From: a virus
Lineage: Duplodnaviria; Caudoviricetes
Length of the DNA stretch: 25,481 nucleotides
Strand: one strand, 5' to 3'
IMG/VR virus record: IMGVR_UViG_3300051213_000067
Coordinates: 1 to 25,481 of that record
This document shows positions 22,293 through 25,481 of the stretch, piece after piece. The notes under the pieces are model-generated. The model made no database searches. It worked only from the letters and a program-made list of their open reading frames with translations, and was not told the DNA's origin. Numbering within the stretch: the stretch's first letter is position 1; the number at the start of each line of letters is the position of its first letter. The position numbers were made by a program, and so were the translations under genes.

Positions 22293-25028
22293 TTACGCAG
22301 CGGGCGTACCCAGAGCGAACGAAACAGCGTGGCGGACAGCAACGTCAACGCTCTGAAGAGCGACAACGCGAACCGTGCCAGTGGTCGAAGCCGTGTACGG
22401 ATCAACCGTCAGGTCCAGACCACCCCACATACCGATCAAGCAGTCGCTGAAGTTACCAAACAGAAGGTAACCGGCAGTCGCCTGATTCGACACAATGGTG
22501 CGGTAGCCGTTCATCGTGCCATCGGGATCGACAGCGAAGATGGCTTGGTTGGTGGCCTTCGCCGTCGTCTTCAGCGTACCATACAGGCTTGCCGGAGCGA
22601 TGTACGAAAGGTTGCCAAGCAAAGCGTTGTCTTCAGCGACAAGCGTTTCCAGACCAACGATTTCAGCCCAAGTCGGCGTAGCACCGGTGAAGCTGTCCGT
22701 GTTGATGCCCGAAGTGGCGTAAATGCCAGTCGGCTGACCCGACAGACCAGTACCCTTCAGCGCACCAGCGTCGATGGCGAGAGCCAAGGCTTGCGTGAGG
22801 TCATCACGAACCAGAGCTTCAATCGACGGCGTGGACTGGAGGATCAACTGACGAGTCATGTCAGAGAACGCACCAACGGTCTTCGGTGTCAGCGACACAG
22901 TGCCAAACGTCGGTTCCGACTCAGAAGCCGCACCACCTTCAGTGCTGATCCAGCCAGCCGAAGCAGCAGCGGTCTTCTTCGGAATCGCAACGTTGCCAAC
23001 CAGACCCGGCATCATACGCGCACCGGCTTGCATGACCGACGAAGCATTGCGCAGAACGTCAATGAAATCACCAGCCATCAGGTTGGTTGCAACGATTTCG
23101 TTGTCGTCACCAGTGTTCAGGTCGCGCTTGCCCCAGTTGCCCAGAACGTCAGCGGGAACCATAACACCCTGTGCAGTCGTGCCATAAGCACGGGCAGCAG
23201 CTTCAGATGCTTCGAGTTCGAAACGAGCAGCTTCTTGAGCGGCACGGTCAGTCGGGTTAGCCAGAGCGCGGATGGCACGAACCACCGAGTACTGACGAAC
23301 TTCCTTCTTGTTCAGACCGATTTCCTTGTTGTCGAGCGGCGTGTTGCCGATAACTTCAAGGAGTTCACCACGGAACTGATCGATGGTCTTGCCAGCGCCA
23401 ATAGCAGCGGCAGCAAGGTCGGCTTTGTTGTGACGCTGACCCAGCTTCACGATTTCTGCGGCGTTGTCGGCAGCAGCCTTGGTGGCTTCCGCACGAACCG
23501 CATCCAGATTCACTTCACTCATGATAGTGTCCTTTTTAACGGATGGTTCAATTTTAGGTTCGGGTTCGGGAGCTACCGCGCTGCGTCCTAAGCCAGATTG
23601 ACCGTCTGCCGGAATCGAAACAACGGAAACTTCCATCGGAGACCAAGACTTGACGCGATAAGCATTCTTATCCGTCGCATCTCGTTCCATTTTGTTCACG
23701 CGGTAGCCGACGCTGACGTTGCTACGGATGCCGTCGAGAACATCCTGAAAGACCTCTTGGGCTAGGGCGGATCGACTGAACCGCACTTTTGACCGCAACA
23801 CACGGTCCCCATCAAGGCTTACAGATTCCACAATGCCAATTTGCTTGGACGGATCATGGTCCAGAAGCAATGGCGCACGACCAGATGCAAAGAACCCAAG
23901 ATCGATGGATTCAGAACTATGGTCAAGAATTTCCTTGCCGAAGCTGCGCTCGACTGGAGTTTCCGTAGAAACCGCAATCAAAGCCGTGCGTTTTTCTTCG
24001 TCAACAATTTTCGCATCCATCGATGCGGCACGATGCACAACATCTTGAACCGCCTTGCGATCAAGCTCGTCAGCAATCTCTTGTGCAACAACAACATCTT
24101 CAACGCTGACTTCAGGAGAATCTTCCTCCATCGGCGCATCTGAAGTGTCGATTTCGATCTCGACCTTCACAGTTGCCCGTTTTTCCAACTCTTCATCAGC
24201 CATTTCGCGTTCTCCAGTGGCTTCTTCAAACATTATTGGCTTGTGGTCATGCTCTCGCAGCCAATCTTTCGCTTGCGCGACAGTATAGCGATTTTTATCA
24301 AAACGAATAGCCTGTAACTCAGTGTCACCCCCAGCAAGAATACCGAAGATAAAATCAATACCGGGACCACCAGCATCATTATCACGGCGAAAGCCAGTAT
24401 ACTTGTCAGGATCATTAAGTCTTGCTGCGTGTTCGTTCGGGTAGGGCCTTGCGTCATCATAGGCTCCACGGATTGCTGCAATCTTGGTGAGTGTTGAGAA
24501 TCGATGCCCAACAAGAGTTTCTGTCGCCTCTCCGTCACGGTAGATTCGAATGAGTGCAGCCGGGTCTTCTTCGCTTGCTTCGATGGAGAATTCAGAGTCA
24601 GGTATGCCGAGCGTCCCCTCCCGCATGATATGCTCAATGCGACCACGGGCTTTTCCGCCAGATGAGTTCCACTCAACAAAATCGCCTTCCTTCAAAGCAT
24701 CTGGGGCTGCTCGATTTTCATCCATGCCTTTGACCTTATCCCTAGCCCAAGAGAAACCCGCGTCACCGCCCCAAAGCGCCCATGCGATGCGACCATTCGA
24801 AGGGTAGCCATCCTCACCCGGACGGAAACCTTCTGCTTGCTTATCAACCTCATGGCGGCTGAAGAAGCTATACATACGCTTCACAGTATCTTCAGACAAT
24901 TCGCGGTCATTCACGATGTCACGAGCGCGGGCAATTCCCACCTCAGTGCCGCCGCGACCAAATTCACTGCGCCAGTCAAGCCCCTTACGGGCCTCTTCTT
25001 TCATGCCGCTGGTGGGTTTATACGCCAT
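22293..25028 (-). CDS. Fused multidomain prohead protease + HK97-fold major capsid protein (911 aa)
   Basis: ATG at 25028 (MAYKPT) overlaps the portal end. Protease motifs PLL.DHD..QIG, VSVGY, P.EVS.VSIPAD; capsid motifs W.S.EG......F..V.L.PK, DP.T. Confidence 0.92.
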   Translation of the reverse strand: MAYKPTSGMKEEARKGLDWRSEFGRGGTEVGIARARDIVNDRELSEDTVKRMYSFFSRHEVDKQAEGFRPGEDGYPSNGRIAWALWGGDAGFSWARDKVKGMDENRAAPDALKEGDFVEWNSSGGKARGRIEHIMREGTLGIPDSEFSIEASEEDPAALIRIYRDGEATETLVGHRFSTLTKIAAIRGAYDDARPYPNEHAARLNDPDKYTGFRRDNDAGGPGIDFIFGILAGGDTELQAIRFDKNRYTVAQAKDWLREHDHKPIMFEEATGEREMADEELEKRATVKVEIEIDTSDAPMEEDSPEVSVEDVVVAQEIADELDRKAVQDVVHRAASMDAKIVDEEKRTALIAVSTETPVERSFGKEILDHSSESIDLGFFASGRAPLLLDHDPSKQIGIVESVSLDGDRVLRSKVRFSRSALAQEVFQDVLDGIRSNVSVGYRVNKMERDATDKNAYRVKSWSPMEVSVVSIPADGQSGLGRSAVAPEPEPKIEPSVKKDTIMSEVNLDAVRAEATKAAADNAAEIVKLGQRHNKADLAAAAIGAGKTIDQFRGELLEVIGNTPLDNKEIGLNKKEVRQYSVVRAIRALANPTDRAAQEAARFELEASEAAARAYGTTAQGVMVPADVLGNWGKRDLNTGDDNEIVATNLMAGDFIDVLRNASSVMQAGARMMPGLVGNVAIPKKTAAASAGWISTEGGAASESEPTFGTVSLTPKTVGAFSDMTRQLILQSTPSIEALVRDDLTQALALAIDAGALKGTGLSGQPTGIYATSGINTDSFTGATPTWAEIVGLETLVAEDNALLGNLSYIAPASLYGTLKTTAKATNQAIFAVDPDGTMNGYRTIVSNQATAGYLLFGNFSDCLIGMWGGLDLTVDPYTASTTGTVRVVALQSVDVAVRHAVSFALGTPAA

Positions 25029-25481
25029 CGTCATCCATGTCCTGTGGTTCAGCGCCCTTGAGTGCTTCGTTTCCGCCGAATGGCTCAAATGCCATCTTCA
25101 AGCCATAACCACCGGCAAGCTGCTTATCTCGTTCCCAAGTGCTAAATACTTCATCGATGTCACGGCCATCAGATGCCGCGATCTCAGAGGGTGTCAGCAA
25201 GCCATTCTGCAAGCCGATTACAGCCGCGTTCATTTCCTTCTGCGGATCGATCCAGCTAAAGCCACGGGCTCGGAAGATGGTCGAGTTGTAGAACTTGTCG
25301 AACTTAGTCGCAGGAATGCTGATAAAGCCAAATTCCATCACATGACGCAGCCACGCCGCATAAATCGGGTGTGCCAAGTGTTCGATAAGGAAACGCTGCT
25401 CCAAGCGGTAGAAGTCCCGCTCTTCCAAAGCGCCCTGACGGATTGACGAATAGCTGGAGCCTTCAAGGTCACCAGAAAGGC
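25018..25481 (-). CDS. Portal protein, lambda family (C-terminal part, truncated by the window)
   Basis: YSSIRQG.LE..., WIDPQKE..A......G..T......G.D.......E. Confidence 0.92.
   Translation of the reverse strand, partial: LSGDLEGSSYSSIRQGALEERDFYRLEQRFLIEHLAHPIYAAWLRHVMEFGFISIPATKFDKFYNSTIFRARGFSWIDPQKEMNAAVIGLQNGLLTPSEIAASDGRDIDEVFSTWERDKQLAGGYGLKMAFEPFGGNEALKGAEPQDMDDDGV

Noticed and set aside
22329-23591. 420-aa + strand ORF opposite the capsid gene
   Set aside because: Antisense shadow of a strongly codon-biased gene; no recognisable motifs or SD.
14390-25481. Gene transfer agent cluster
   Set aside because: It is linked to its own recombination, regulatory and lysis genes and homing endonucleases, and has a lambda-type portal. 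This fits a bona fide phage.

Overview
This window is part of a tailed dsDNA phage or prophage with siphovirus gene order. The host is probably an alphaproteobacterium, judged from the GapR/DUF2312 gene. A divergent promoter region at 1157-1242 separates two early operons. The leftward one encodes a Cro-like HTH, a DUF1064 nuclease and a DnaA-C-terminal-like HTH, and probably the first codons of a replication gene at the window edge. The rightward one encodes Erf, YqaJ exonuclease, NinB, GapR, SSB, several small ORFs and a PD-(D/E)XK nuclease. From 25481 down to 4996 the minus strand carries the late region: lambda-type portal (partial), a multidomain protease-capsid fusion, head-tail and tail genes with a -1 frameshift chaperone, a short tape measure, tail tip, a Thr-rich collagen-like fibre with an S74 chaperone, a GT2-TPR glycosyltransferase, the lysis cassette, two inserted HNH endonucleases, a metallophosphoesterase and a DUF6378-like gene. 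The least explained signal is a set of three candidate promoter-driven, two-hairpin small RNAs (62-126, 569-626, 3681-3749). Two are antisense to the leftward operon and carry anti-Shine-Dalgarno loops. A possible virion-fibre glycosylation system is the second highlight. All family calls come from recognising motifs by eye; no searches were run.
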